Shown here one piece after another: positions 9,849 through 19,295 of a DNA stretch of 64,000 nt. How positions within the stretch are numbered: the stretch's first letter is position 1; every line of letters begins with the position of its first letter. The DNA comes from a virus (taxonomy: Duplodnaviria; Caudoviricetes): the IMG/VR virus record IMGVR_UViG_3300044846_003573; one strand, 5' to 3'. The notes beneath the pieces were generated by a model. That model searched no databases. It saw only the letters and a program-made list of their open reading frames with translations, and was not told the origin of the DNA. A program made the position numbers and the translations under genes.

Positions 9849-10757
9849 GGAAATGTCCGAGACGTTCTTTGAAACAAAAAGATTATCCATTCTCTGAGTA
9901 AGTCGTATTCCCGCCTTCGTGTGACGAATATGAGCACTGAAAAGAGATAAACGATAATGGGCCGTGTATGGTCCTTAAATAAACTACGAAAGTAGGATAA
10001 AGTGGTCTCCCCCGTGTTGAGGAGACTGCGGTTTGAAACCCCGTAAGGGGAATTGAACTCAAGTACACAAGTGGGGTATCACCAAACCTTTAGTACCGAG
10101 GATAACTTCGTAGGGAGAATGGTAGGGTGACCTGGCAAAGTAGATTGTCAGGTTGAGTTCGGAAGAACGATAAGAATAACCCATAGGAACTCTGTAAGAA
10201 ATGTGACCATCCAGTTACACAATTGCGGGTCCCAATATGATAGAGGACTTAAAACCGAAAGGTAAGATGGAGAACGAGTGGTGTCGCTACTATCCCTAAG
10301 GAAGACCTACCAAGGTCTCTTTATGAAGTAATCTTGAAATATGGAGGTGGGGACACTTCACGGAGTAGTTTAGTATTCTGTCGCTCAAAAGGAGACAGAG
10401 CTTATGTTGGACCACTACTCTGACACATCTACAACACAACCCTAAAATTATTACAAAATAACAAAGGAAAAGTGTCCATCAGGTTTGAGTGAAAGGTGAC
10501 TACATAGTAATGAGCCGTTCATTGCATACAGAGACCCCAAGTCAATGTGTATTGTTAAGAAAAACCTTTAGTCCCGCAAGGACGAACTGGGGTGGCAACC
10601 TCGGAAAGAGTTAAGTATTGATAGAGTAATTCAAACCTCAAGGAGTGGTACACCTAAAATACCGTCACTAAGAAATACTACCCAAAAGGTGGTGGATAAG
10701 AAGGGAAACAATAATCCTTCAAAAGTTTCTTAACATAAGCTGTAATCTCAGGCTTTT
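9849..10757 (+). ncRNA. large highly structured non-coding RNA (GOLLD/ROOL-class candidate)
   Basis: About 900 nt with no credible ORF and higher GC than its flanks. Many GNRA hairpins (ctacGAAAgtag, ccccGTAAgggg, accGAAAggt, gtccCGCAAGgac). Own promoters, boxA-like GTTCTTTGA and terminator. Confidence 0.7.
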
Positions 10758-10764
10758 CTAATTT

Positions 10765-10790
10765 GACCTGTCAATTGACGGGTTTTTTTA
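10765..10790 (+). terminator. intrinsic terminator of the large ncRNA
   Basis: acctgtcaATTGACgggt stem followed by a T-tract. Confidence 0.7.
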
Positions 10791-10810
10791 TTTATAGACA
10801 CTTATAAACT

Positions 10811-11035
10811 ATGACAATATTAGAAAATCTTAAAGAGGTATTACCATCATGGGCGGTGGTAAAACAAAAGGAACTACCATATAAGATGGAGTATGAGATT
10901 AGACTTCAACCTACTTTGGATGAGGATGAACATTTTGCTTTAACACCAAAACTTAAGGAAGCTTGTCAGGGTAAGTTTATGGAAAGATACACTGTAGATA
11001 TTGGTGAACACTTTTATATTTATACAAAAAAGTAA
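10811..11035 (+). CDS. hypothetical protein
   Basis: 74-aa ORF. Confidence 0.65.
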   Translation: MTILENLKEVLPSWAVVKQKELPYKMEYEIRLQPTLDEDEHFALTPKLKEACQGKFMERYTVDIGEHFYIYTKK

Positions 11036-11037
11036 TC

Positions 11038-11223
11038 ATGATACCTAAAGAGATTAAAGAATTAGTTAACAAATACCCAAACAATTATGAATTGGGTGAG
11101 GAAGTTAGAAAATATTATCACAAAAATAAACAGAAAGAAAATTTTAATTCTGGTGTTCTGTGGATAGGAATTTTATTCTTTTTTATATTTGCTTCACTCT
11201 TGACTTGGATTATAACCGTTTAA
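11038..11223 (+). CDS. small membrane protein
   Basis: YPNNYELGEEVRKY motif plus a C-terminal hydrophobic helix. Confidence 0.65.
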   Translation: MIPKEIKELVNKYPNNYELGEEVRKYYHKNKQKENFNSGVLWIGILFFFIFASLLTWIITV

Positions 11224-11263
11224 TTTCCTGACTTTAAACATATTTATAATAAAATTATAAATT

Positions 11264-12097
11264 ATGTTACTAAAAGTTGGGTCTAAAGGAGAAGACGTTA
11301 AAAAACTCCAAGCAAAATTAGGTACCACCGCTGATGGAAGTTTCGGTCCTGGTACAGAAAAACTGGTTAAAGAATGGCAATCGGATAACGGACTAACAGC
11401 TGACGGTATCGTTGGTGATGGTACTTGGTCTAAGATGTTCCCAACAACTCAACCAGTTCAAGTGGTTAAAGAAGATGTTGTTATCCCGACAAGTTCTGAG
11501 TTTAAATTACAAAATCTAAAAGGACATGTTCCTGACGCAGTAATTGCTCAAATCCCTGAAACTGCTAAAAAATTCAATATTACTAACCCATTAAGATTAG
11601 CTCATTTCTTGGCTCAGTGTGGACACGAGTCAGGTGGGTTTAAAGCTGTTTCTGAGAACCTTAACTATTCTGCTGACGGACTTAAGAAAATCTTTGGTAA
11701 GTATTTCCCTGGTAACTTAAATGAGTCATACGCTCGTCAACCTGAAAAGATTGCTTCACGTGTTTATGGAAGTAGAATGGGTAATGGTGATGAGTCAACA
11801 GGTGAAGGTTTCAAGTTCCGTGGAAGAGGTTACATCCAATTAACTGGTAAGAATAACTATACAAACTTCGCTAAGTTCATTGGTGAAGATACTGTGTCTA
11901 ATCCTGATTTAGTTGCAACCAAATATCCTTTGGCATCTGCGGCGTTCTTCTTTGATTCAAATAAACTTTGGTCAATCTGTGATAAGGGTGCAGATGTTGC
12001 AACGGTCACGGCAGTTACCAAGAGAGTTAATGGTGGTACGATAGGTCTACCAGATAGAATAAAACACTTCAACGAGTATTATAACCTACTTAAATAA
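11264..12097 (+). CDS. endolysin: peptidoglycan-binding domain plus GH19 (chitinase-like) muramidase
   Basis: GSKGEDVKKLQ..DGSFGPGT..ADGIVGDGTW PG-binding repeat, AHFLAQCGHESGG, FRGRGYIQLTGKNNY and TKRVNGGTIGL. Confidence 0.92.
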   Translation: MLLKVGSKGEDVKKLQAKLGTTADGSFGPGTEKLVKEWQSDNGLTADGIVGDGTWSKMFPTTQPVQVVKEDVVIPTSSEFKLQNLKGHVPDAVIAQIPETAKKFNITNPLRLAHFLAQCGHESGGFKAVSENLNYSADGLKKIFGKYFPGNLNESYARQPEKIASRVYGSRMGNGDESTGEGFKFRGRGYIQLTGKNNYTNFAKFIGEDTVSNPDLVATKYPLASAAFFFDSNKLWSICDKGADVATVTAVTKRVNGGTIGLPDRIKHFNEYYNLLK

Positions 12098-12100
12098 TCT

Positions 12101-12127
12101 AAAACCCCTTGAAAAAGGGGTTTTTTA
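12101..12127 (+). terminator. intrinsic terminator
   Basis: aaaaccccttgaaaaagggg followed by T7. Confidence 0.8.
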
Positions 12128-12185
12128 TTTTACAATAAAGAAATTATTCACTATATTTGTATCACTAATTAAAAAATAAAAAAAT

Positions 12186-13238
12186 ATGAAAAAAATCAAA
12201 TTATTTCTCTTAACTCTTTTTGCATTCATTGGAATGAGTGCATCATCACAAGTATTAACGTCTTTTAACGTTGATATAATTAACCTCGGAGGATGTCCAT
12301 ACACATTGTTCGGAAACTATTATGGAGGTGGTATTCAAGGTAGTATTACTTTAACACAACAACCTACAGGAAGTTATGTTGCAGTTGTACCAGCAATTGA
12401 TAGTCTAAATGTTAGTATCTGTGCAATTTATACTTCACCATGTTTAGGTGAGACTTGTATAAATGAAACAATATATCTTGGGTCAGGACAAGGTGTTCAG
12501 ACATTTACGATAGTACTTCAAAACCAAGACTCAGATTTTGATGGGTTCATGGATAACATTGACTGTAATCCATTTGACCCATATATCTATCCAGGTGCAC
12601 CTGAACTATGTTATGACGGTATTGATAACAACTGTGATGGTTTAATTGAGGCAATGCCGACAATTGATACTCTGTACTTTGTTCCTGATTCACTTGTATC
12701 TGAACCAAACACTATTTACGTGGTTTACCAAGGTTCAAATACTGTAGAATGGGAATGGTTTTTTGGAAATGGAGGAAATGGGACGAGTTCAAACGAACAA
12801 TACCCAACCATTACATTCCCTACCTCAACGTTTACTTCACAAATGCTCCCGATTAACTTATACGCAATTTCCATTAATGGTTGTCAGGTTTATACTTCAA
12901 TAAACTTTTCAATTGATAGTAATGGAGTTTGGACACCGGGTGGAATTTTAAATGATTATACCTTAAACGTTGTTCCTGAATTTATAATTGGGGTTGAAGA
13001 AACAATGACTAATAACGTTAAAGTTTGGCCAAACCCTGTGTTAGGTGTTGTTAATATTAATACACCTTCAAATAGTGGGATGTTAAGAATTATGTCTATC
13101 GACGGAAGATGTGTCTATCAAGAAAAATATTTAACTAACAACATTCAGTTTGATTCTGAAATATTAAGTGACGGAACCTACGTTATTACTCTTACTGACG
13201 ATAGTGGTAAGTTTTATACAACAAGAATTATTAAATAA
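12186..13238 (+). CDS. secreted protein with a T9SS type A C-terminal sorting domain, metal-binding repeat and PKD-like domain
   Basis: Sec signal peptide; [33 protein letters not shown]; WEWFFGNG; C-terminal [23 protein letters not shown]. Confidence 0.85.
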   Translation: MKKIKLFLLTLFAFIGMSASSQVLTSFNVDIINLGGCPYTLFGNYYGGGIQGSITLTQQPTGSYVAVVPAIDSLNVSICAIYTSPCLGETCINETIYLGSGQGVQTFTIVLQNQDSDFDGFMDNIDCNPFDPYIYPGAPELCYDGIDNNCDGLIEAMPTIDTLYFVPDSLVSEPNTIYVVYQGSNTVEWEWFFGNGGNGTSSNEQYPTITFPTSTFTSQMLPINLYAISINGCQVYTSINFSIDSNGVWTPGGILNDYTLNVVPEFIIGVEETMTNNVKVWPNPVLGVVNINTPSNSGMLRIMSIDGRCVYQEKYLTNNIQFDSEILSDGTYVITLTDDSGKFYTTRIIK

Positions 13239-13283
13239 TAAAATCCCCCTGAAACATGGGGGATTATAATTTTTATATCGGAT

Positions 13284-13547
13284 ATGAAAATTAAAATGGG
13301 GGTGGTTGAAAAACACCAATACGAAGGTGTTAGAGAATTTGAGGAAATTGACTTGGATAAGTTTCCGATTATTAAACAGTTTATGGATGTTAATCCAGAT
13401 TGTACCGAACAGGAATTACTTTCTTATATTAAGAAGATTAAAGACGAAGAGTTCAAAAAATTCATAACAGAACTAAGTTGGAACTCTATCATTAAAGAAA
13501 ACTTCAGTAAAAATAAAACTGAATTTAAAATAGAAATAGAGAAATGA
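13284..13547 (+). CDS. hypothetical protein
   Basis: 87-aa ORF. Confidence 0.65.
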   Translation: MKIKMGVVEKHQYEGVREFEEIDLDKFPIIKQFMDVNPDCTEQELLSYIKKIKDEEFKKFITELSWNSIIKENFSKNKTEFKIEIEK

Positions 13548-14512
13548 ATATATTAATAACTGGTGGATTAGGTTTTATTGGTTCTAATTTTTATAACACC
13601 TTTAAAAAGAAATATCCTGACTATAATTTAGTTATCCTTGATAGTGGGACATATGCTGCTGATGAAAATAACATTGAAAATTTTAGAAGTTCTAGAATAA
13701 TCAAATTCAGTATTACTGAACGAGAAAGATTATTTAAGTTATTTGAAAATTACAAGTTTGACTCGGTAATACACTTTGCCGCTGAATCACATGTTGATAA
13801 CTCAATATTAAATCCGATGGAGTTTGTTCAAACAAATATTATTGGAACGTTGAATCTGTTGGATGCTTCAATTAAGTATGGTATTAAATTGTTCTATCAT
13901 ATATCGACTGATGAGGTTTTCGGACATTTAGGTGCGGTGGGTTCTTTTGATGAGAAAACTGCTTATGACCCAAGAAGTCCTTATTCCGCATCGAAGGCAT
14001 CATCCGACCACTTTGTTAGAGCGTACTACCACACTTATGGATTACCTGTTGTTATATCAAACTGTTCAAACAATTTTGGACCGAACCAACACCAAGAAAA
14101 ATTAATTCCGACAATCATTAAAAGTATCCTCAATGGTGAACCAATACCAGTTTATGGTAACGGACAGAATGTTAGAGATTGGTTATATGTTCAGGACCAT
14201 GTGGATGCGATTGATATGATATTCCACAAAGGTAAGGTAGGTGAAACCTATTGTATCGGTGGACGTAATGAATTAAACAATTTAAGACTTGTTAGGTTGA
14301 TTTGTGATAAGATTGATAATATTAAACAATGGGAACAGAACTCACAGGATTTAATTACATTTGTTGAAGATAGAAAAGGACATGACTTTAGATACTCTAT
14401 TGATTCAACCAAAGTAAAAGAACAAATTGGGTGGGAACCTAAAGTTAATTTTGATGAAGGGTTAGACAGAACTATCGATTTTTATTTTAAAAAGTTTGGA
14501 AGTCAGGAATAG
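13544..14512 (+). CDS. rfbB: dTDP-glucose 4,6-dehydratase
   Basis: ITGGLGFIGSNF, HFAAESHVDNS, HISTDEVFG, SPYSASKAS, RDWLYVQDH, DRKGHDFRY. Confidence 0.95.
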   Translation: MNILITGGLGFIGSNFYNTFKKKYPDYNLVILDSGTYAADENNIENFRSSRIIKFSITERERLFKLFENYKFDSVIHFAAESHVDNSILNPMEFVQTNIIGTLNLLDASIKYGIKLFYHISTDEVFGHLGAVGSFDEKTAYDPRSPYSASKASSDHFVRAYYHTYGLPVVISNCSNNFGPNQHQEKLIPTIIKSILNGEPIPVYGNGQNVRDWLYVQDHVDAIDMIFHKGKVGETYCIGGRNELNNLRLVRLICDKIDNIKQWEQNSQDLITFVEDRKGHDFRYSIDSTKVKEQIGWEPKVNFDEGLDRTIDFYFKKFGSQE

Positions 14513-14530
14513 TTTATCTATATTTGTGTT

Positions 14531-14791
14531 ATGAAAGTAACATTAAACATCCAACACGAAAAATTCGGTAAAGTTTTAACAATGTCTTTTGTGGACGCAA
14601 TACAGACAAAGTTATTTTTAAAACTTGTGAATGACGCTATTGATAACGGAGTCGCGTTCAGATACTTCAACGTGACTGACACATTAGTACATATTCCTAA
14701 CAAGATTTTAGTTGAATCTTTAATCACAACTGAAATGGAGTTTGTGACATTTTCTGAACAAGTATTGGCTAAAGTAGGTGAGGTTAAATAG
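14531..14791 (+). CDS. hypothetical protein
   Basis: 86-aa ORF after TATATTTG (14519-14526), followed by hairpins and a terminator at about 14836-14866. Confidence 0.7.
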   Translation: MKVTLNIQHEKFGKVLTMSFVDAIQTKLFLKLVNDAIDNGVAFRYFNVTDTLVHIPNKILVESLITTEMEFVTFSEQVLAKVGEVK

Positions 14792-14896
14792 TCTTTGTTA
14801 GACAAAGTGGTGGACCAACTTCCGGGTTGGGCTCAAAAGGGAACATTAGTGTTCCCTTTTTTCTTTTTATTTGTATTTATATATAAAACTATAGTT

Positions 14897-15214
14897 ATGT
14901 CAAAAATTATAATCACAGAAGAACAACTTCAAAAATTAAAAAAAGCTTTATCTGAAAATACTGAGACTATTAAAGAAGATAAAGATGGTAATTATATGGC
15001 TAAGCAACAACTTTTTACCATTGGTACTTTAGCATTACAAATGTGGGAGATTTTAGAAGATGACGAACAGTTGGATGACTGGATGGAATCTAAAATTGCG
15101 CAATCTGAACAATCAATCGTTTCAGTGGTTAAAGCTTACATGTATGACGAAGTAGTTGATGATATGAAAGGTATGGAAACTTTAAACTACAATGATATTG
15201 TAATTGGTAAGTAA
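14897..15214 (+). CDS. hypothetical protein with N-terminal IITEEQ motif
   Basis: True start is likely MSKIIITEEQLQKL. YMAKQQL..LDDWMESKI segment. TATTTAT at 14874-14880. Confidence 0.7.
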   Translation: MSKIIITEEQLQKLKKALSENTETIKEDKDGNYMAKQQLFTIGTLALQMWEILEDDEQLDDWMESKIAQSEQSIVSVVKAYMYDEVVDDMKGMETLNYNDIVIGK

Positions 15215-16095
15215 TGAAAAAGAAAAAACTTATAACTGAAGAGGTCAAAAATAAATTTTACCTATATAATCCTATACCTATTGTTAAGCAGGAGGCGGTT
15301 ATTGTTATTCAAGACATTCTAAAAAGTCGCAATTTGAATTTTGAATGGGGGGAAAATGTTGATTTAAATACTTTTGATGTAGTTAACCGAATGAGGTTTA
15401 AAGATTATATCAATCGTGTTATTAAGTATAAAGAGATTAGAGGACATGCGATTGAAGGATTGATGGCTGGTTTATTTGGAGGAATTCTTAATGAAAGTAA
15501 AAGTGGGGTATGGGATTATGAAATCAGACAAGGACAAGTTGAACAGAAATTTTTAAATAGTAGTGAAGAAAGTCCGTCAATAGGTGGTTTTACAAATGCT
15601 TTAAATAGTTTAGGGTCAGACGCAGTTATAGATATTAAAAATACTATATCAAAATATGATATGACAGGAACCAATTTATTTTTGATAAATGACGATAGTT
15701 TGACTGAATATAAGAAAGAAATTTTAAGAAAGATACTTGTTGATATTACATGTATTACATTTGATTCTAATGATAGATTAAAGACATATTATTTAACAAA
15801 AGAAAACGCTGTCGAATTATTTTCAGATGCTAATAACATAAGAAAACCAAGAAAATTAAGTTCCAATGAGTTAAGGGCTTCTTCTGATGTTTTTATTAAT
15901 GGAGGAAATTCTTTTGATATTATTAAAGCGAAAGTAAAACCGGAAGAATATAAAGAATATATTGAGGTGACCCAAAGAGATATAGAAGTTGCAAAGATTT
16001 TTGGACCTTATGGTGGAAAAATTAGACCTGATATTTTAAATTGGATACAACAAAATAAAGATGAATTTAAAAATTTGGTTAATACATTGTTATAA
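15214..16095 (+). CDS. hypothetical protein, possible PD-(D/E)xK nuclease fold
   Basis: RGHAIEGL...WDYEIRQGQVEQK has E..D..ExK spacing. Confidence 0.55.
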   Translation: MKKKKLITEEVKNKFYLYNPIPIVKQEAVIVIQDILKSRNLNFEWGENVDLNTFDVVNRMRFKDYINRVIKYKEIRGHAIEGLMAGLFGGILNESKSGVWDYEIRQGQVEQKFLNSSEESPSIGGFTNALNSLGSDAVIDIKNTISKYDMTGTNLFLINDDSLTEYKKEILRKILVDITCITFDSNDRLKTYYLTKENAVELFSDANNIRKPRKLSSNELRASSDVFINGGNSFDIIKAKVKPEEYKEYIEVTQRDIEVAKIFGPYGGKIRPDILNWIQQNKDEFKNLVNTLL

Positions 16096-17144
16096 TGAAA
16101 ATTATTATTACAGAAGAACAATATAAACGATTATTAACAGAATCACTTGGTGTTAATGAACCTGCAATTGAATATACTAATTTTATATATAATTTATTAG
16201 AACCAATTGCTATTGAAATGATTGATTTGGGTAAAAAAAAGATTGAAGAAATTGATATCACAGTAAAAGAGTTACTTAACTTTATTAAGAGTGACCCTGA
16301 AACATTCCAAGAATTACCAATTGAAGAGTTAGAACTTGATTTAGTATTTATACCTACAAAAAATGAATTAATCGGTGATAAACCATTTGCAGTTGGTGGT
16401 GGTTATTATGATTTGTTGGATGAGGAAAATGGGGGTTCATATATAATTGACTCATCATTTAGAATACCAAAAGACATACTTCAGGATGTACCAAAGACCA
16501 TTCATGCTAAATTACAATTTGAAATATATGTTAATCCATCATTTGACGAGACAATGATGGATGATTTGTTGTTTGATTTAAGAGATACAATTACTCACGA
16601 AGTTAATCATCTATATGAATCTTATAAAAGATGGGAAAACACTGGTAGAGGTAGTAACAACTTAGTTAAATCTTTTGCTGGAACAAAGAATGTCAATACG
16701 CCAAAAGTTATTTTCCAAGTGTATAGTAAATTTTTAAACTTTTTGTATTATTCAGAGCCTTGGGAAATTAATGCAAACGTACAGGAAGCGTTTTCAAAGA
16801 TTAGTAGAATGAGTTTTGATGACTTTAAAAAAACTAGTCAATGGGAGATTGCTAACGATATGGAAAATTACTCGGCTGACGGACTATTTGAAGAATTAAT
16901 TAAGACTGCTGAAAGTAAAGACCCTGACACAGTAGATTATCATATTAGAAATTTACATAAGTTTTATCTTAAACAATATAAAAAATATGACGAATCATAT
17001 AGAGAAGCTAATGATATTAAAGATACTGTTTATAAGACCAAAAACTTACTTGATTTATTTAGAAAATATGAAAAAAGAATTAATTTAGCGGGTAAAAAAC
17101 TAAAAAAGAATTACACTAGATTATATGCAATTGAAAAATCTTAA
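16095..17144 (+). CDS. HExxH zinc-metallopeptidase-like protein with N-terminal IITEEQ motif
   Basis: ITHEVNHLYE with downstream EPWEINANVQE. Confidence 0.65.
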   Translation: MKIIITEEQYKRLLTESLGVNEPAIEYTNFIYNLLEPIAIEMIDLGKKKIEEIDITVKELLNFIKSDPETFQELPIEELELDLVFIPTKNELIGDKPFAVGGGYYDLLDEENGGSYIIDSSFRIPKDILQDVPKTIHAKLQFEIYVNPSFDETMMDDLLFDLRDTITHEVNHLYESYKRWENTGRGSNNLVKSFAGTKNVNTPKVIFQVYSKFLNFLYYSEPWEINANVQEAFSKISRMSFDDFKKTSQWEIANDMENYSADGLFEELIKTAESKDPDTVDYHIRNLHKFYLKQYKKYDESYREANDIKDTVYKTKNLLDLFRKYEKRINLAGKKLKKNYTRLYAIEKS

Positions 17145-17556
17145 CATATTATTATTTATTTTACTATTCACATCTTGTGCTAGTTTTGAAAACCTAACAG
17201 ACGACAGAACAAGACCTGAAGATGATGAAATGTATTGGAACAGGACTGAAGAGTTTTGGGTGACACATCACGAACCAAAGGAAAGACCGGTATCAAGTGA
17301 GGATTACTATGGTAACAGAGTTGTATTACCCCCAACTTATTACAACAACTATCCTGATTATAACTACTATAATAGAAACAACAATTATTACCCAACGTAT
17401 AACTATCAACAGACTACACTACCATTACCACCACCTCCACCACCACAACACAACAACCCTTCACCGACTATTAATACTCCTAAACCAAATGTAACTCATT
17501 ATAAAAGAAATAATGAACCGCAAAGAGGTAATTCTAAACCTGGTGTTAGACGATGA
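17125..17556 (+). CDS. lipoprotein with Tyr/Asn- and Pro-rich low-complexity tail
   Basis: Lipobox LFTSC and a PPPPPP run. Confidence 0.7.
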   Translation: MQLKNLNILLFILLFTSCASFENLTDDRTRPEDDEMYWNRTEEFWVTHHEPKERPVSSEDYYGNRVVLPPTYYNNYPDYNYYNRNNNYYPTYNYQQTTLPLPPPPPPQHNNPSPTINTPKPNVTHYKRNNEPQRGNSKPGVRR

Positions 17557-17960
17557 ATAAAGAACTTAACGGGATAAATAAATTTCTTGATGGTAAAACT
17601 TTTGTTTACGACCATCGTGTTAGTTTCAGTGAAAAACCTGTAAAGGGTTATTATCAATTCCATATAGATAAAGTTGGTCAGTTAATAAGTATTGGTGAAA
17701 TGAAAGACCACCTTTTTGTATCGGTTAAGTTGGTTAATGGTGAAGGTATGGTTAATTTTTATTTATCCGCTTTTGGCAATAAACAAAAGATAACTGGAAG
17801 AGACCTTGTTAATAAACAATGGTATGAGTTTTCAGTTCAAATAGGTCATGACATTGAGGAATTCCTTAAATTCTTTAGTATTGATATGCCTGTCGTTGTT
17901 GATAACTTAGAATTTACCCCATCAAAAGATTTTGTTCCATTAATTATTTTGCCAAGTTAG
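17553..17960 (+). CDS. hypothetical protein
   Basis: 135-aa ORF. Confidence 0.7.
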   Translation: MNKELNGINKFLDGKTFVYDHRVSFSEKPVKGYYQFHIDKVGQLISIGEMKDHLFVSVKLVNGEGMVNFYLSAFGNKQKITGRDLVNKQWYEFSVQIGHDIEEFLKFFSIDMPVVVDNLEFTPSKDFVPLIILPS

Positions 17961-17985
17961 AATAATTTCGTATCTTAGCTCCCTT

Positions 17986-18156
17986 ATGAGCGACAAAACT
18001 AAATTTACAAGAACCTACGAAACGGACGAGACCATTGCTGTTTGGACTTATGATTTGGATAAGTTCAAGAACGGTCCGATTTCTGTTGACATCAAATACA
18101 AATACGACCCTGACAGGAAACTTTCCAACAGGGAAAAATACTCAAAGAAAAAATGA
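17986..18156 (+). CDS. small hypothetical protein
   Basis: MSDKTKFTRTYETDETIAVWTYDLDKFKNGPISVDIKYK..., read by hand. TGA overlaps the next ATG. Confidence 0.65.
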   Translation: MSDKTKFTRTYETDETIAVWTYDLDKFKNGPISVDIKYKYDPDRKLSNREKYSKKK

Positions 18157-18725
18157 AAGTAATCTTTTTAGACCACGATGGAGTTATCTGTTTATCTGAT
18201 AACTGGGGGTCACGATTTAAGAAACAAAAAAAGGCTAGACGAAAGTTAAGTCAATCAGTAATGACAATGCCTCTTGATGCTCGTTTTGATAACTTTGATA
18301 AGAAAGCAATCAAGGTATTGAATGAAATCTTGGAACAGACTGGCGCTGAAATTGTTGTCTCTTCTGACTGGAAAGTTTGGTGTTCAGTTGAAGAGATGGG
18401 TGATTACTATGAGAAACAAGGTATCATCAAACGACCAATTGATTTTACAACCAATACGATTGATGGGGAAAAAGTTACCTGGCACCGAAATTGGGATTTG
18501 GAAGGAACAAGAAGTGTACAAATCCAAGAATGGTTAAAGGAACATCCCGAAGTTACACATTGGGTGGCGATTGATGATTTGGAGATGGGAAAGACTGGAC
18601 TACGTTACTCAATGGAATATGAACACGAATGGGGACTTGATAACTTTGTCTTAACACCTTTGAACAATGAGGGTATCAAACAACTTGGGGTTAAAGAAAA
18701 GGTATTATCCTTTTTGGAAGGGTAA
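18153..18725 (+). CDS. HAD-superfamily phosphatase (type found in RNA-repair proteins)
   Basis: VIFLDHDGVIC, IVVSSDWK, WVAIDDL. Confidence 0.85.
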   Translation: MKVIFLDHDGVICLSDNWGSRFKKQKKARRKLSQSVMTMPLDARFDNFDKKAIKVLNEILEQTGAEIVVSSDWKVWCSVEEMGDYYEKQGIIKRPIDFTTNTIDGEKVTWHRNWDLEGTRSVQIQEWLKEHPEVTHWVAIDDLEMGKTGLRYSMEYEHEWGLDNFVLTPLNNEGIKQLGVKEKVLSFLEG

Positions 18726-18737
18726 TATTTATTTAAT

Positions 18738-19295
18738 ATGAAATACCTAATATCAGAGGAACAAAATAAATTTTTGAAGGAAGAGTTGGATAAACCAAAT
18801 TTTAAAAATTTGATTAAGAAATTGTTTGAGAAACAAGTTAGTAAAGGTGAACAACCACATATTAATGATATGATTATGGATTTCTTTGAAGTTGATGTGT
18901 GGGAAAGAGACTTTAATATCCTGATTGAATTGTTAAGGGATTTCTTGGGTAGGGAACAATCGGTTAAATTGACTGAAGAACTATTACAGAAAACCTTTAA
19001 AACAGACCGATATAACTTTTCAGGTGGATACAGTTTTGATTTCAGAGCTAAAATAATAGACCAAGAAGATGAAGAATATTTTAAAGTAGATGTTTATATT
19101 TTACCGGGTAGTGAGGTGGATTTAATAATGACAGGTGACGGAGTTCGTGATTTAAAACAAGCTCTTAACGACCAATCTATTGGATTTGAAATTGAAAGTG
19201 AAGTGAAAGAAATTATTGATGAAATTTTTACAGAAGAAATTACCTATAAGACTGGTGTTGTTGTGGATTTAGAAACACTTATTATTCAGGAGTAA
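18738..19295 (+). CDS. hypothetical protein with N-terminal LISEEQ motif
   Basis: 185-aa ORF, TATTTAT at 18726-18732. Confidence 0.7.
   Translation: MKYLISEEQNKFLKEELDKPNFKNLIKKLFEKQVSKGEQPHINDMIMDFFEVDVWERDFNILIELLRDFLGREQSVKLTEELLQKTFKTDRYNFSGGYSFDFRAKIIDQEDEEYFKVDVYILPGSEVDLIMTGDGVRDLKQALNDQSIGFEIESEVKEIIDEIFTEEITYKTGVVVDLETLIIQE

Noticed and set aside
9883-10068. 61-aa minus-strand ORF in the ORF track
   Set aside because: It lies antisense within the structured ncRNA, has atypical composition and has no promoter context.
9849-10757. tmRNA, RNase P RNA, rRNA fragment or group I intron as the identity of the large ncRNA
   Set aside because: There are no tRNA-like ends or tag frame, no GAGGAAAGUCC RNase P signature, no recognisable rRNA universal motifs, and no interrupted host gene on its flanks.
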